Part shown: piece by piece, positions 33,699-46,907 of the stretch
Numbering within the stretch: position 1 is the stretch's first letter
Layout of the letters: the number at the start of each line of letters is the position of its first letter
DNA from: Chrysemys picta bellii
Lineage: Eukaryota
Assembly: GCF_011386835.1 (NCBI RefSeq)
Contig: NC_088809.1
Coordinates: 3,534,001 to 3,598,000, forward strand
Direction: 5' to 3'
DNA: 64,000 nucleotides
Made by a program: the position numbers and the translations under genes
Notes under the pieces: generated by a model
The model's input: the letters and a program-made list of their open reading frames with translations, nothing else
Database searches by the model: none
What the model was told of the DNA's origin: nothing

Positions 33699-35524
33699 AC
33701 TTCGCCATGTGCTGTCTCTTTAAGACACTCACTGAAAGCTCTCCTGCTGTTCTAAGCCCTGTTGTCTCCTCTCCCCTCCTCTGCTCTGCAGAGATGGGGT
33801 ACAGGGGCAGGGAAAGTTTGTATGTGAGAGCTGGCTTCTGGGGAAATCTCAAACAGTGCACTGTCTCTTTAAGAAAGGCATTCACCCTAGTCCTTCCTGA
33901 GCCAGGCTGTCCCCCCCCCGTGCCCTGCTCTGGCGAGATGGGGTGCGGGGGAGAGGGGGACATCCTGACATCAGCACCCTTCTCTCTCTCCCCTCCTCCC
34001 CAGCAAGCAGGATGGGTGTGCATGCTCTGCTAATCATCTGGGCAGCATCTGAATCTCTCCTGGGCAGCCACTTGCCCCAAGCACACAGCTTCCAGTATAA
34101 GACTTGCAAGACCAATTTATAATGAGATTACTCATCTCTATGGCCTTCTTTTTCAATGTATTGTAGTGTACATACATGTAGTTGTAACAGCAACCCACAT
34201 TTTAAATTCACATCCTTTTTGTAGCACAAAGAGTTTGGGTAAGATTTCCTATTTACACTTAAATTTCTATCATTTTGGTCTGTTCAACAATGCCACTTCT
34301 TTAGCTAACTACCTAAATTTGGAGGTTGTAATTAAATCCAAGGAAGAAGTATCTAGATACTACAGGACCCAATTAGCCTCACGTAGCTGCACACTGCATT
34401 AAAACCACTACTTGGCATTTCTATAGCACTTTTCATCCAATGATTTCACTGTGCTTTAGTAATATTAAAGAACCCCTCCTCCACTGGGCTTAGACCCAAA
34501 ATAACTAGATACAGGGATCACTCTACTCAGCAGTGTAATGCAGCGATTACTAGGGTGGAACATGATCGTTGTTCAGTAGCAACCCTATATAAAAGTTCAG
34601 GACTGAAAGCAAAGGGTGTTCTGCTTAATTGAAGCTTCTGGAAAATTTGGAGGGCCTCATAATGTAATTACCTGAGGTAGAATGCAACCAGAACACAGAA
34701 GACTAAGGGTTTGTCAAGCCGTTTGGACCCCAACTGTAGCTTTCTGTAAAAAAAGATTTCACAAACCTTAATATTCATAGACATTATACAAAATAGCAGT
34801 AAAAGCAGATTTAAATCGATATGTCTCCTCCTTTCCCAGGTTAAAGCAAAACCACCCAGCCCCAAGCTAGCTCCATTTCCCCCACGCTGAGTGAAGCGCA
34901 GGTGAGGAATTTGGAAGACTGGTTTAGTGTTCTCTGGGGTCACCGACTCCAGGAGGGACGAAAAGAAAACACTGCTTCCCCCCCCCAGCCAAGACACCCA
35001 GTGCAGCTGTCACTTAGCCCGGAGCAGGGCTGGGACGCAGGATCAGCCTGGGGGACGGAGTCTCAGTGCCATGGCCGGGCCGGTGGGGACACCGCCCTAG
35101 GCCGCAGAACCAGGCTGGCCCCAGCTCGCTCCTGCACCTTTGTGGGGCAGAATATCGGCCTCGAAACTACTCTCCGCCCCTCCTGCAGCCTGGCGGCTAC
35201 ACGAGAAACAGCGGGGCCCGAGCGCAAGACCAGCGCCCTCCTGGGCACGGGGGGGGGGGGGGAAGAGGGGGAGGGGCGAGTCCCCTGGGGTGCCCTCACC
35301 CCACCCCCGCTCTGACCCAACCCCCGCTCCTGCTCTCACCCCGCTCCCGCCCGGGGGGCGCCAGAGGCCCAGGCCTGGACGGGGGCCGCCCAAAGGACAT
35401 GCCTGAGGCAGCGCCGCCGGGCTCGGGTTGACCCGAGGGCGAGGCCGGGCCCAGGGCCCGGCCCGACGTCTCTACGAACCCCCAGCGGCTACCCGGCCCC
35501 GCCGCGGTAACAGCAACGACTTAC

Positions 35525-35600
35525 CCGCCCCTACCGCAGGCGGGAGCCCGCCATCTTGGAATAAAGGCTACCGGGAAACATCGCCCCCGCCTCCCAGCTC
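35525..35600 (-). other. EMC6: Probable non-coding first exon of EMC6 (5' end approximate)
   Basis: Minus-strand donor G|GTAAGT at 35525/35524 inside the CpG island; pairs with the acceptor at 32509-32510. Confidence 0.7.
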
Positions 35601-35748
35601 TCAATGCGCATGCGCCGGCGCTCCCTCGGCCCGAGGCGGCGCCCGATTGGCTCTTCGGCTGCGGAGCGAGGGGCGGGGCCGGCGGGACCTTTTGTTGGCG
35701 AGGCGGCGGGACCGCCGGCGAGTCGGGCGCGAGCTGCCGGGCGGGGCC

Positions 35749-35787
35749 ATGTCGTACATCCCGGGGCAGCCGGTCACCGCCGTGGTG
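35749..35787 (+). CDS. TAX1BP3: TAX1BP3 exon 1
   Basis: GCCATG start; MSYIPGQPVTAVV; donor GTGAGT. Confidence 0.97.
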
Positions 35788-38700
35788 GTGAGTGGGGTGC
35801 GGGCCGGGGGGCGGAGTCTGGACCGGCCCCCGGGCTGGGGGGATAGTGAGGGGGTCCCCGCCCCCCCCCCCCCCCCGGAGCAGCCCCCCTCAGCTCTGGC
35901 AGCGGGGCGCGGCTCCGGTCCGGTCCCCGGCGGGGGGCTGCGGGTCCGCCCCGGGGTTGGCGCGCGAAGCGCCCGGTACACCCCCCCCCCTCCTCCCGGG
36001 CTGCGCTTCTCGCCGGTCCGTGCGGAGCGCAGGAAACGCCCCGGGGCCGCGCTGCCCGCCCCGCCCTGTGCACACACCCGGCCGGGCCGGGCTGGGCGTG
36101 CTCGGGTGGCGGGGGCCTGCCGGGCTCCCGGGCCTGGCCAGTGCTGGGGCGGCCCCGCCCGCAGGGTCGCTCCCGTGTAGCGATGTCCGTGCGGGGTGAT
36201 GGTGTCAGGGCTGGTTCCTGCCCCCTCTAGGAGAAGGGGGAAAGTGGTCTCCCTAGGCGTGCTCTGCTCCCCGTAAAACCCCCCACGGGGTGGGGGTGTT
36301 TAAAAGCAGTTCCCCTTGTGTGGGAACAAGTTCTGGGTTAAACTGGTGCAGAAGCCGGGGCGGACACACTTTCTCTTCCCGCTGGCCGTATTTAGCTTCT
36401 ACCGCGTACGAACAGGTTTGAGCTGAACTGAAGTAAGTGTTCATGCAGAGGTTTGGATTGTTAAACCGGTTCCTGGAGTGGTGTGAGGGTCCGAGCACTG
36501 GGCCTGGGCCTTAGGAGAGCTGAGTTCCAGTCTGACTCTGCCACTTGCCTGCTGGGTGACATGGAGCAAGTCACTTCACTGCTCCGTGCCTCTGTTTCCC
36601 CATCTCTAAAAAGAGGCTGGGAGGGGGAATGGAAAGGTCAAACTAATTCATCTTGGGGGTGTGAAAGGATTGGGTGATAGCTCCCCTTATTGTGTGTTTT
36701 TTAATTAAGATTTTAATACAAATATACTCTAGGTTATACCATTTTTCTTACCACTTTCATCCAAAAATTGCAGACAGCTCAGTATCATTATCCCCTCTGT
36801 ACACCTAGGAAAACTGAAGTACAGATGTGATCTGACTTGCCCAAGATCATATAGTGAGTCAGTGGTAGAGCAGGGAACAAAAGCTAGCTGTCCTGTCTCC
36901 CAGGTCCACTGGATTATGCTGTCTCCGCTAGTTGCTTATGGTTACGTTTCTGATGAGCACAGGACTGCAGGCATGCATGTCACTTTTCAGTAGCCACAGT
37001 GGAGGGGATGGAAAAAATAACCTTTTTTGCACAGTCTCTGACAGTCAGCTAAGAACAAAGAACTAGAGGCTGTATATGGTGAGCTGGTGCGAGTTCTGCT
37101 GCTAACGCAAGCCAGTGCAGGTTGGATGGGGGCTGATTTGACTCCAGAATCAACCCTTCTCAGAAAATAAACCAGAAAAATTTACCATATAAGTGTAGAG
37201 GAGAAAATTTGCCACATATCTGTGTGGCACACACTCTCTGTCCAACCAAGTGACTGTCAAAACAAGTCAAATTTCTGACATCTCCCTGCTATGCCAGGCA
37301 GTCTAACTGAGCACAAATTGGGATCATGGTATGTGTTGTACTGTGATTTAAGAGACATAGCATAGTCCACTTGCCACTTATCAGAGGACTTCACCTCAGA
37401 TGTCAGACCTCTCTAACAGTATTTTTTTTTAAAACCATTGTGATCTTGATGGACAGTGCTCACTGTTTAGCTTGGCAGATGGTGCCTCCTGGGATAGAAG
37501 ATGATGGTGCACAAATTATAATGGGCCACTTTACCCATGGGTAAAAACCCTGCATACCATGCTGCTCAAGGAGCGTAGGTTTTCTTGAATTGGAATCTCA
37601 GTATCACCAGTTAACAAAACAAAACCAAGAATGTCCTTGTTCAGCTAAAGTTGTGGTGCCTTAAAACCCCCCCACACTTGATAAAAATGCTATGTGACTG
37701 CACGCTGTTGCTGTTAGCCTTGTTCTCAACAACCTGCCTCCGAGCCAATTCTAGTGTTGAAGACAACATACAAAGATATCAAATCTGCTGCCATCCACTT
37801 GTTTGGCTGCCAGCCTGGAGTCTGTTCCTTGTCTGTCTCTTATTATGCTATGTGCAATTTTTAGTTTGTCTGTGGAAGTTGTCAGTATTTCCAATGAGCT
37901 CATCTGGAGTCTCACTCTTCAATTAAAATATGACTATTTGTTTACTTGGTTAAGTTACAAACACCTCCCTCTTGTGTTCCAAATGGGCTCACTGGACCCA
38001 GGGAAGCATTCTGATGAATAGAAAAAGACAGCCGTGCAAACTTGAGGGAAGAAAAACTTCCTTCAAAAATCTTACATGTAGCCTGTAACTTTGCCCTCTA
38101 CCATGCTTTCTTTCCAGGAGTCACACTGTCAGAAGGGAAAGCTAGTTCCCATACCCAATCTGTACCTAGAGGAGAGAGGCTGTTTACATTTTGGGTATCT
38201 CAAGGGGAAGAACCTTCCCCTGAGCAGGGAAAAACAGTTTCTAATCTCTCAGTACAAAGTGTCACTCTGGTAGCATGACAAGACTTACTGACTGTTCTGT
38301 ATCCTCCACTAGACAGTGCTGCTTGGCGCTCTTTAAAAGGTTGGAGTGGCATCTGCTTTAGCTATTCTAGTCTTGTGAAGTAGATTAAAAAAAATTAATT
38401 TTGTACTTAAACTATATCCCTTGTGAAAATGAGATGCTAAGCAAGCTTTTGAGAATTAAATCCTTGTTTTTGGTTTTATCTGTAATCTGTGGGCTTGCAA
38501 TGCTATAGTTAAGAGTTCTGTTACTATAGAGGCAGTAAAAACATAGTAACTATAGTTGGTCACACTTGAGTCCATTAAATTAAGATGTTCTAAGATAGTA
38601 ATGTGAACTACTTTCCTTGATGAAAGAAGATTGCAAAGCAACTCACTTTGAATTACCAATCCCACTCAAACCAGGCTTCCTGGTGATGTGTATGATAAAT

Positions 38701-41700
38701 CTCATAATTTTGGTGAAAGTAGGTGTAATAACTATAAAGGGAAGGGTAGCAGCCCTCCTGTGTACAATACTATAATCCCTCCTGGCCAGAGACACCAAAA
38801 TCCTTTTACCTGTAAAGGGTTAAGAAGCTCAGGTAACCTGGCTGACACCTGACCCAAAGGATCAATAAGGGGACAAGATACTTTCAAATCTTGGTGACGG
38901 GGAGGCTTTTGTTTGTGCTCCTTGTTTTGGGGGTTGTTCGCTCTTGGGACTAAGAGGGACCAGACATCAATCCATGCTCTCCAAATCTTTCTGAACAAGT
39001 CTCTCATATTTCAAACTTGTAAGTAACAGCCAGGCAAGGCGTGTTAGGTTTATCGTTGTTTTCTCAACTTGTGAAAGTTCCTTTTGCTAGGGAGATTACT
39101 TCTGTTTGCTGTAATGTTGAACCTAAGGCTAGAGGGAGTTCCTCTGGGCTCTTTGAATCTGATTACCCTGTAAAGTTATTTTCCATCCTGATTTTACAGA
39201 GATGATTTTTTACCTTTCTTTAATTAAAAACCTTCTTTTTAAGAACCTGATTGATTTTTCCTTGTTTTAAGATCCAAGGGTTTTGGATCGGTGTTCACCA
39301 GGGAATTGGTGGAGGAGTCTCTCAAGGCTACCCAGGGAGGGAAAGGTTTTTTGGGGGAAAGACAGTTTCCCAAATGACTCAAACTATTTGGATGGTGGCA
39401 GCAAAAGCAGATGTAAGCTGGTAGTTAAGCTTAGAGGTTTTCATGCAGGTACCCACATCTGTACCCTAAAGTTCAGAGTGGGGAAGGAACCTTGACAGTA
39501 GGTCATGCAGCAAAGGCTGCACAAATCATTTGTTTGGCAGAGCAGTTTGTAGCCTGAGGGGATCTGGGCCTAATTCAAGAGGAAAGACTAAACTTCTTCT
39601 TTTGTAAAGAGGCCCCTGCTAGACAGGGTTCTAGGTGAGATCACGACTCCCCTTCATATCTCTGTCACTAAGAGCTCCTCATACAAAGTTTTAAAATCTC
39701 TTGCTGTCCGAACCTCTTCATCAAGCCTTTTTTTGTACTCTTGATGCCAGGGGTGACTTTACAGCTGGTCTTGTGAACCCTTTGGTAGTTGGACTCTCTT
39801 CAACTGAGTTAGTGACCTACACTCAGAGTGTCTTCTGTTATCTGCAACAAGTTCAGAAACTTAAGTCTCTGCCCCATTATCTATTGAGGATTGGTCTTGC
39901 TTAGTTGGGGATTGGTCCTGTTTTGAGCAGGGGGTTGGACTAGATGACCTCCTGAGGTCCCTTCCAACCCTGATTGATATTCTATGATTCTATGAGTGAC
40001 AATAGTAGGATACATACTCCCATTGGCAGAGCACTAAGGAGGAACTTGTAGTTTTTCCATGGACAAAACAAAATAAGATGTGTGGGTTAGAGAGGCTGCT
40101 AGTTATTGACACTTGCATTTTATTGGCTTGAAGGAAACTGAACTCTAGTATAATTTTACTGCTAGTGGTGCCGTCCCTCCCTCCATTTCAATTGTGGTAG
40201 TAGAGATAGAGGTTAAACTTCTTTAGCTGCGTAAGTGGCAAGTCCTTTAGGGATATGTTTGGGGACGCTTATTTCTGTTGTGGCTTGCTAGCAAGGACAA
40301 AAATGCTCCTCAGTTACTGCTGTTAAGTTTGCTTGTCTCTTTGGGATAGACAGGAAATGCTCTCATCCACCAATGGGTTTTAGATCCGAGATCCCTGCTC
40401 ATGTTTAAATATAGAAAACATGCTTGTGATATGGCCTTCATTTGTAAACTATCTTATGTGCTCCCTTTGTCTGGAAGTTATACAGTAGCTCACCGAACAA
40501 AATCTGTTGTCCTGTCTTCAGAGATAGTTACACGTAATAAAACTAAACTTAATCTACTCTGGTTGGAGTAGAGGAAGGAATGTGAATCCTACACTGTTTC
40601 CTCCCATCTCTTTCAGCAAAGAGTTGAAATCCATAAACTCCGGCAAGGTGAAAATCTGATTCTTGGATTCAGTATTGGAGGTGGAATTGATCAGGACCCT
40701 GCTCAGAATCCTTTCTCTGAAGATAAAACTGACAAGGTCAGATTCTCTTAAGACAGCCCCCCCCCCCCCCCCCCGTAAGAGGCTGAGTGCCCTCAACTCA
40801 CCTTGAATTCAGTGAGTGGCACCCACTTTTTGTAGGTCTATGCCTGGTCCTCCCTCAGTCTCATTGGTCCGTGTTATACTCCCTTCCCACTTAGTCAATG
40901 TTGCCAATTTACACTGCTGCTGCATTTGCGCTCTTGTGTAACTCGTCTGTTTTTGAATATCAGACTTGTTTTTAAATGGAATCCATTTTTAAGATGCTGC
41001 TAAATAAAGGTTATTGGCTTGTGTGCATTTGTAACCATTCCAACTGGAATAACTAAAACATGACTCTTACAGGGTATCTATGTAACAAGGGTGACGGAAG
41101 GAGGCCCAGCAGAAGTTGCCGGACTCCAGGTTGGAGACAAGATAATGCAGGTAAATTCAAAGATAGGAAGAGGAACATACTGGAATGCCTGGATGCAGCC
41201 AATACAGGACAATCCCAGCCCAGAAGCTCCCTAGGGAGCACTGCTTTCCAGGCTGCTTCAGAGGTAGGGGGGGAGGGTGATGGTGAATCTCATCCACTTG
41301 CTCTATTCTTGACTGTTTCACCTGCTTGTTGTCCCACTGCTGTATGTGCTAAGGGAAGCTTATAAAAGGTCACTGCCTTCCTATATGGATGGTCTTGGGA
41401 ATCTGTCTGGAAAAGCTTCCATATCTCCAGATAAGAGGCTTCTGGCTGTAACTGCCAACATGAATGCCCCCCTGCAGGAGAGTGGAATCACTTTGATTCA
41501 TGGTGAACAGCACACACTAGTGCAGATAAGTCACAATTGAGCACATGGTCTTGAATGGTCATGAACTCTTGCGAACTTCAAAGCTCTGAAAGTAGTGCCT
41601 GGCAACCATTCTGCAATACCAGAACTTGAGGCAGATCATGAGGAAGCAGACTGACACACGTTCTTTCCCCCAACATGCCTTTGTGGGGCTGGTCTTTTAA

Positions 41701-44700
41701 TAGTGTACCAGCCTGGATCCATCCGGGGTACTAAGGGTAACCCACCAGGAAGAAAAATGTCATTGCTACCATGTTAAGCACATACCTAGTAGTCATTCTC
41801 AGAGGGGATATAGATGTAACCCTCATGGTGAGGGTGTTTTGTATCTTATGTCTATATGTTATGGAGTATCCAATCTGAAAAATGATAAAATCACAAAAAG
41901 GGCCTTTACTTGTAGAATCATAGTCTACTTTTAACAAAATTGGCAGGAAGCTTCTAAATACAATTGATGATGCAAGTGTGTACTCAAAATAGTCCTGTGT
42001 GGAAAGTTTTTTTGGGAAATATTTAGTCCCTGTGTATAGTTTATGCATCTTCCCGTACTTTTTTCTCTTCAGTTAAAACAGAAGTCTATAGTCACATGAC
42101 AGTATGAGCTTGTTTGTACCTCATATCTGTAGAATGGACTCATTTGAGAAGAGTTCTTGTCTGCTATGTTTATGAAGTTATGTAGATAAGACCCCTACCC
42201 CTTAATAATAAAGCATATATTTTCCAGTCTGCTTAGCTGGAGCCATTAAACTAAACAAGCACATACAATACAACTATCTTCTTACTGTCACTGAATCCAA
42301 TGACAATACATGTATACTAGTTATATAACAGTAAGGCCTCAGTAGCTGGGCTGTAGAATGTCTTGTGTGAATAACAAACTAGTACTCTAATGTAACTCCT
42401 ACATACAGCTATGAGCTACTCTATATCTAATGCAGTGCCCCTATGAGCTATATTAACTGACAAAAATAGTCTCAGAAATTTGCAGGCTGTTGAAACATTT
42501 CTACTGCCCCTCAGAACCCGTCTCTGACGTGTTCAGTGCTCTGTTGCTGCACTTGTCATTGTCACAGCCGCATGCATCAAGCCCACCAAATCTTCCCTGC
42601 AGCATTTCCATCTCCTTGTTGCACAGGTGCTCACAGCGACACTGCACAAAGGTGAAGCAGCCAGCTGGACTGTTGTGTTAGGAACAAGATGTCCCATGCT
42701 ACCTGTCACCCATCTGGTGCTGACAGGGGACACGCAAAGATACTGAACTGTAGCATGATTTTGTATGTCTGACTGATCAGTGGCATGTTTCAGGTGCTGC
42801 CTGAAGAGGCCCTTGTTGGCAGTTTCTCATTTGTTTTGTTCTTGGCAAACAACGCAGCCATATGATCCAGGGATGGTTGCTTCTTACCCCAATCTAATAA
42901 AGACACCAGTGAGATCTGTTGACTAAAAAACAGCAGTTGGCTTGGATTGCAGTTACCGACCTTCACATCTTGCTAGTGATACTGAGCAAGGACTATTGAT
43001 TCAGCTACTGCTTGGTTCTTCATTACCTCTCTGGTTAGGTCAGGTTTGTCCATGCTGTGAATTCGAAGTAATGGTCCTAATTTATAAAGCCATCAACAGG
43101 CAGAGATACAGCTACTTCCTAGACCAGGGGGTAGTCAAATATTTTTTGTCGAGGTCCAAACTCCAGAGGAAAATAATGAAGTAAATAAAAAGATTTTAGG
43201 GTTTGTTCAAAAGTGTCTGGTGGTCTGGATTTGGCCTGCAGTCTGCCTATGGACTGCTCCTGGCCTAGACTATCAGATCATCTTTGATGGGTGACCAGGA
43301 CTCAGTGGTTCAGCTCACGCTGTAGGTAACTGGAGCAGTTTTACAGCTGCCTTGCCTGTCTCCCTGGTGGGACTCAGTCTGGTAGGCCTGCTCAGGGACT
43401 GCCTAAGGCCACACACAGCAGTCTGGAAGGAGCTGGTCTCCCTTTAGCTCCACGATCAGGGTACTCACCTGGGATAGGGGCAAGCCTGGGTCAGTTTCCT
43501 CCTGATGAGATGGGATTTGAACAGCGAGCTGCCATTGCTCGAGTGCTCAGAGGCGAGGTAGCTCTCCCACATGACTGTTAACCCAGTGGTTACATAAGAA
43601 AGGTCATATGGGTCAGATCAAAGATCCATCTAGCCCAGTGTCCTGTCTTCTGACAGTAGCCAATGCCAGGTGCCCCAGAGGGAATGAACAGGTAATAATC
43701 AAGTGATCCATCCCCTGTCACCCATGCTGAGCTTTTGGCAAATGAAGATAGGGACACTATCCCTGCCCATCCTGGCTAATAACATTGATGGACCTCTCCT
43801 CTGCATTTATCTAGTTCTTTTTTTGAACCCGGTTAGTCTTGGCCTTTGCAACATTCTCTGGCAAAGAGTTCCACAGGTTAACTGTGCATTGTGTGAAGAA
43901 ATACTTCCTTTTGTTTGTTTTAAACCTGTTGCCTGTTAATTCTATTTGGTGGCCTCTAGTTCTTGTGTTTGTGAAGGAGTAAATAACATTTATTTTCTCC
44001 ACACCAATCATGATTTTATAGACTTATCATATCTGCCCTTAGTTGTCTCTTTTCCAAGCTGAAAAGTCCCAGTCTTACTAATCTCTCCTCATATGTTCCA
44101 TACACCTAATAATTGTTGTTACCACCCTTCCCCCCCCCCCTCAATTCCAGTATCTTTTTTTTTTTGAGAAGGGGTGACCACATCTGTACACAGTATTCAA
44201 GATGTGGGTGTACTGTGAATTTATATAAAGGCAATGTGATATTTTCTGTCTTATCTATCCCTTAATGATTCCCAACACTGTTAGCTTTTTTGAATGCTGC
44301 TGCACATGGAGTGGATATTTTCAGAGAAGTATCCATCATGACTCCCAAGATCTGTCTTGAGTGGTAACAGCTAATTTAGACCCCATTTTATATGTATAGT
44401 AGGAAGTAGGTTTTCCAATGAGCATTACTTTGCAATTATCACTATTGAATTTAATCTGCCATTTTGTTGCCCAATCACTAGTTTTGTGAGATCCCTTTGT
44501 CTATTTGCAGACTGCTTTGGACTTACCTATCTTGTGTAGTTATATATCATCTGCAAATTTTGCCACCTCACTGTTTATCCTTTTCCCAGTTCATTTATGA
44601 ATATGTTGAATAGGACTGGTCCCCGTACAGACCCTGGGAGACACCACTATTTACCTCTCTCCATTCTGAAAACTGACCATTTATTCCAACCCTTTGTTTC

Positions 44701-46907
44701 TGGTCTTTTAACCACAGACTGATCCATGAGAGGACCTTCCCTCTTATCCAATGACTGCTTATGAGCCTTGGGTGAGGGATCTTGTGACAATCTAAGTACA
44801 CTATATCCAGTGAATCCTCCTTGTCCACATGCTTGTTGACCCCCTCAAAGAATTCCTATAGATTGAGGCATGATTTCCCTCTACAAAAGCTGTGACTCAG
44901 ACCCACCAAATCACATTCATCTCTGTGTCTGATAATTCTGTGTTATAGTTTCAACCAGTTTGCCCAGTACTGAAGTTAGGCTTGCCAGGCTCACCTCTGG
45001 AGCCTTTTTTAAAAATTGGTGTTACATTACTATGTAACCACTGGAGGATAGCTAGACTCTGGGTCAATTCCCCCTTGTGCCTCATGAGAAGGGATTTGAA
45101 TAGGCAACTGCTATCTCCCAAGTGAGAGCCCTAATTGCTGCACTAAGGGACAGTCTGATGTCAGTTGTTCATCTTCTCTTGGTGAAGCTCTTCCCTTTTA
45201 ATTAAATGATAATTGGGTCACAGAGACCATAAGAATCACTTAACCTACCCACTGGAGTATAAACTCACCCAGGGTGTGGGAAGAGTCTGGTTCAAGTCTC
45301 ACTTTGTCTCCTGAGAAGGGATTTGAGTAGCCATCTCCCTGCCAGGCAAGTAACTGCCCTAAAAGATGAGCTATGTGGTATCTTGCTATGAGGGTTGCTC
45401 ACTTTGGCCTCTTGAAGCTGTTCTACTTTAATTAGATGTTAATTAGGCCAAAACAAAGATGTGCTGTAAAGAGCCCTCTGTAGTGTTAGGTACTATGCTG
45501 GGCTGGTGGAGACCAGGCCTCAGGTCCTGAGCTAGGAATGAGCCTCATGTGGAGTCCCTTAAGTCCTTTTTCTTGAAGCTATTCCACTTTAAGTATTAAT
45601 TGGGCTAAAGCAAGACAAACTAGCAAAGAGTCCTCTGTGGTGTGTGCGGTTAGGGTAGGTGCCCTGGTTCAAGTCTTGCCTCTGCCTGGGGAGCTTTGCC
45701 ACCTAAAGTTCTATTTTTAAATTAAAATTGAGCTGCATAAAACTCAAACCACTCCTTCATCCCCAGTTGCTAGGTTATTCACCCATGGGCCAAGAGACCC
45801 CAGACCACATCCCTTGCTCTGTGAATGGATTTGGACTAGGGCCTTCTACCTCCCTGGCAACTTTGGGGAGGGATGTCCCTGTTCAAACACCCTTCCCTTC
45901 TCTAGGGGAAGAGTCCTCCAAAGAAAGCAAGGGGATTCAAACAGGGAGCTCCCCCCTTGCTGAGGCCACAGATCCCCCTGCAAATCCCTTCTTTAACAGG
46001 CACAACCAGGATTTGAACCAGAATCCAACAACTGGACTAGGGAGTGATTCTAACTCCTGGCCTGGCCCAGCCCAAACACTCCTTAAGTAAAGTAGACGTA
46101 AGACTGAGGCAACTTCCCCCCCACATAGCCTATATTCCAGTGAGCAGGCAGAGGGGGAATTGAATCTAACTCTCCTACAGCCTGGGGGAGAACTCAAACC
46201 ACTGGGCTATATAGCAGTCCTACTGCTAGCTGTGGCCCACTTACTATGCACTTCTTTAATTAAAAGTGTACCAGCTTCAGCAAGAGCAGAAGAGAAACCC
46301 ATGCCAGACCCTCCCTTAGTTCTGCAAGGAGGGAACTCACCTGAGACACTGCAGAAATGTATGTGAACAGTTTTTTCCTTGGGTAACGTAAGTGTCCCTG
46401 AGATAGTGGGTGCTGTTCAGGGAATCTGCCGGAACAGTCTGTGCTTCCACTCAGTTTTCTCTAGATGCCTTCTCGTCATCTTCATGTCCTTCAGTGCATG
46501 GTCAAGCTTTCTCGAAGCTAAGTCTTCTCATACACTTCCTCATTCCAGGCAGCACCTGGACTCCTGCAGGTATGTTTGTTGTACTAGCAGCTCTTAAATT
46601 GTCTGGTACTTCTCCAAAACAAACTTTTGAATCTTAAAGTTCACCCTGTCTTGACTTAACCCAATAGTGCCAAGACAGTGTGATTAGCAAGCTGGGGCCT
46701 GTCTGTCACCTTTCCCAGGCTAGGCTCCATTGACAATAATATTGTTTCCTGATAAAACTTCTGTTGTAGGTGAATGGGTGGGACATGACAATGGTAACTC
46801 ATGACCAAGCAAGGAAGAGACTGACAAAGAGGAATGAAGAAGTGGTACGGCTCCTGGTGACCAGACACTCGCTGCAGAAGGCTGTTCAGCAGTCCATGAT
46901 GTCCTAA
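35749..46907 (+). CDS. TAX1BP3: Tax1-binding protein 3 (TIP-1, single PDZ domain), 4 exons, 124 aa
   Basis: join(35749-35787,40617-40736,41073-41150,46770-46907) = 375 nt, all phase 0, GT-AG. MSYIPGQPVTAVVQRVEIHKLRQGENLILGFSIGGGIDQD...KAVQQSMMS*. Confidence 0.98.
38724..39497 (+). mobile_element. Solo LTR, 774 bp
   Basis: TG...CA termini with a perfect 5-bp TSD GTAGG (38719-38723 and 39498-39502); internal ATTAAA at 39223. Confidence 0.88.
39903..39995 (+). mobile_element. 5'-truncated SINE/CR1 3' tail
   Basis: Same tail as the 33518 SINE, ending TTCTATGATTCTATGA. Confidence 0.85.
40617..40736 (+). CDS. TAX1BP3: TAX1BP3 exon 2
   Basis: QRVEIHKLRQGENLILGFSIGGGIDQDPAQNPFSEDKTDK. Confidence 0.98.
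41073..41150 (+). CDS. TAX1BP3: TAX1BP3 exon 3
   Basis: GIYVTRVTEGGPAEVAGLQVGDKIMQ. Confidence 0.98.
43125..43262. mobile_element. hAT-type MITE
   Basis: CAGGGGGTAGTC...GACTGCTCCTG termini; 8-bp flanks TCCTAGAC / GCCTAGAC (7 of 8). Confidence 0.7.
43593..45030 (-). mobile_element. CR1 LINE, 5'-truncated and decayed
   Basis: RT fragments DIVYLD...WIRGKVLSWISLWLKDQKQRVGINGQFSEWREVNSGVSQG and RTRGHQIELTGNRFKTNKRKYFFTQ; CR1 3' UTR. Confidence 0.93.
46770..46907 (+). CDS. TAX1BP3: TAX1BP3 exon 4
   Basis: VNGWDMTMVTHDQARKRLTKRNEEVVRLLVTRHSLQKAVQQSMMS*. Confidence 0.98.
   Translation: MNGWDMTMVTHDQARKRLTKRNEEVVRLLVTRHSLQKAVQQSMMS

Larger units (their letters stand above)
35050..36200. promoter_or_regulatory. 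CpG island / bidirectional promoter of EMC6 and TAX1BP3
   Basis: Very GC- and CpG-rich. YY1 site CCGCCATCTT 35548-35557, NRF1 site TGCGCATGCGC 35605-35615, inverted CCAAT 35646-35650, GC box GGGGCGGGGC 35670-35679. Confidence 0.88.

Noticed and set aside
35066-36199. Many long overlapping ORFs, including the 250-aa ORF 35428-36180 in frame with TAX1BP3 exon 1
   Set aside because: Stop-poor GC-rich CpG island with low-complexity P/G/R/A content; the frame reads through a strong donor. Only the 13 TAX1BP3 codons are supported.
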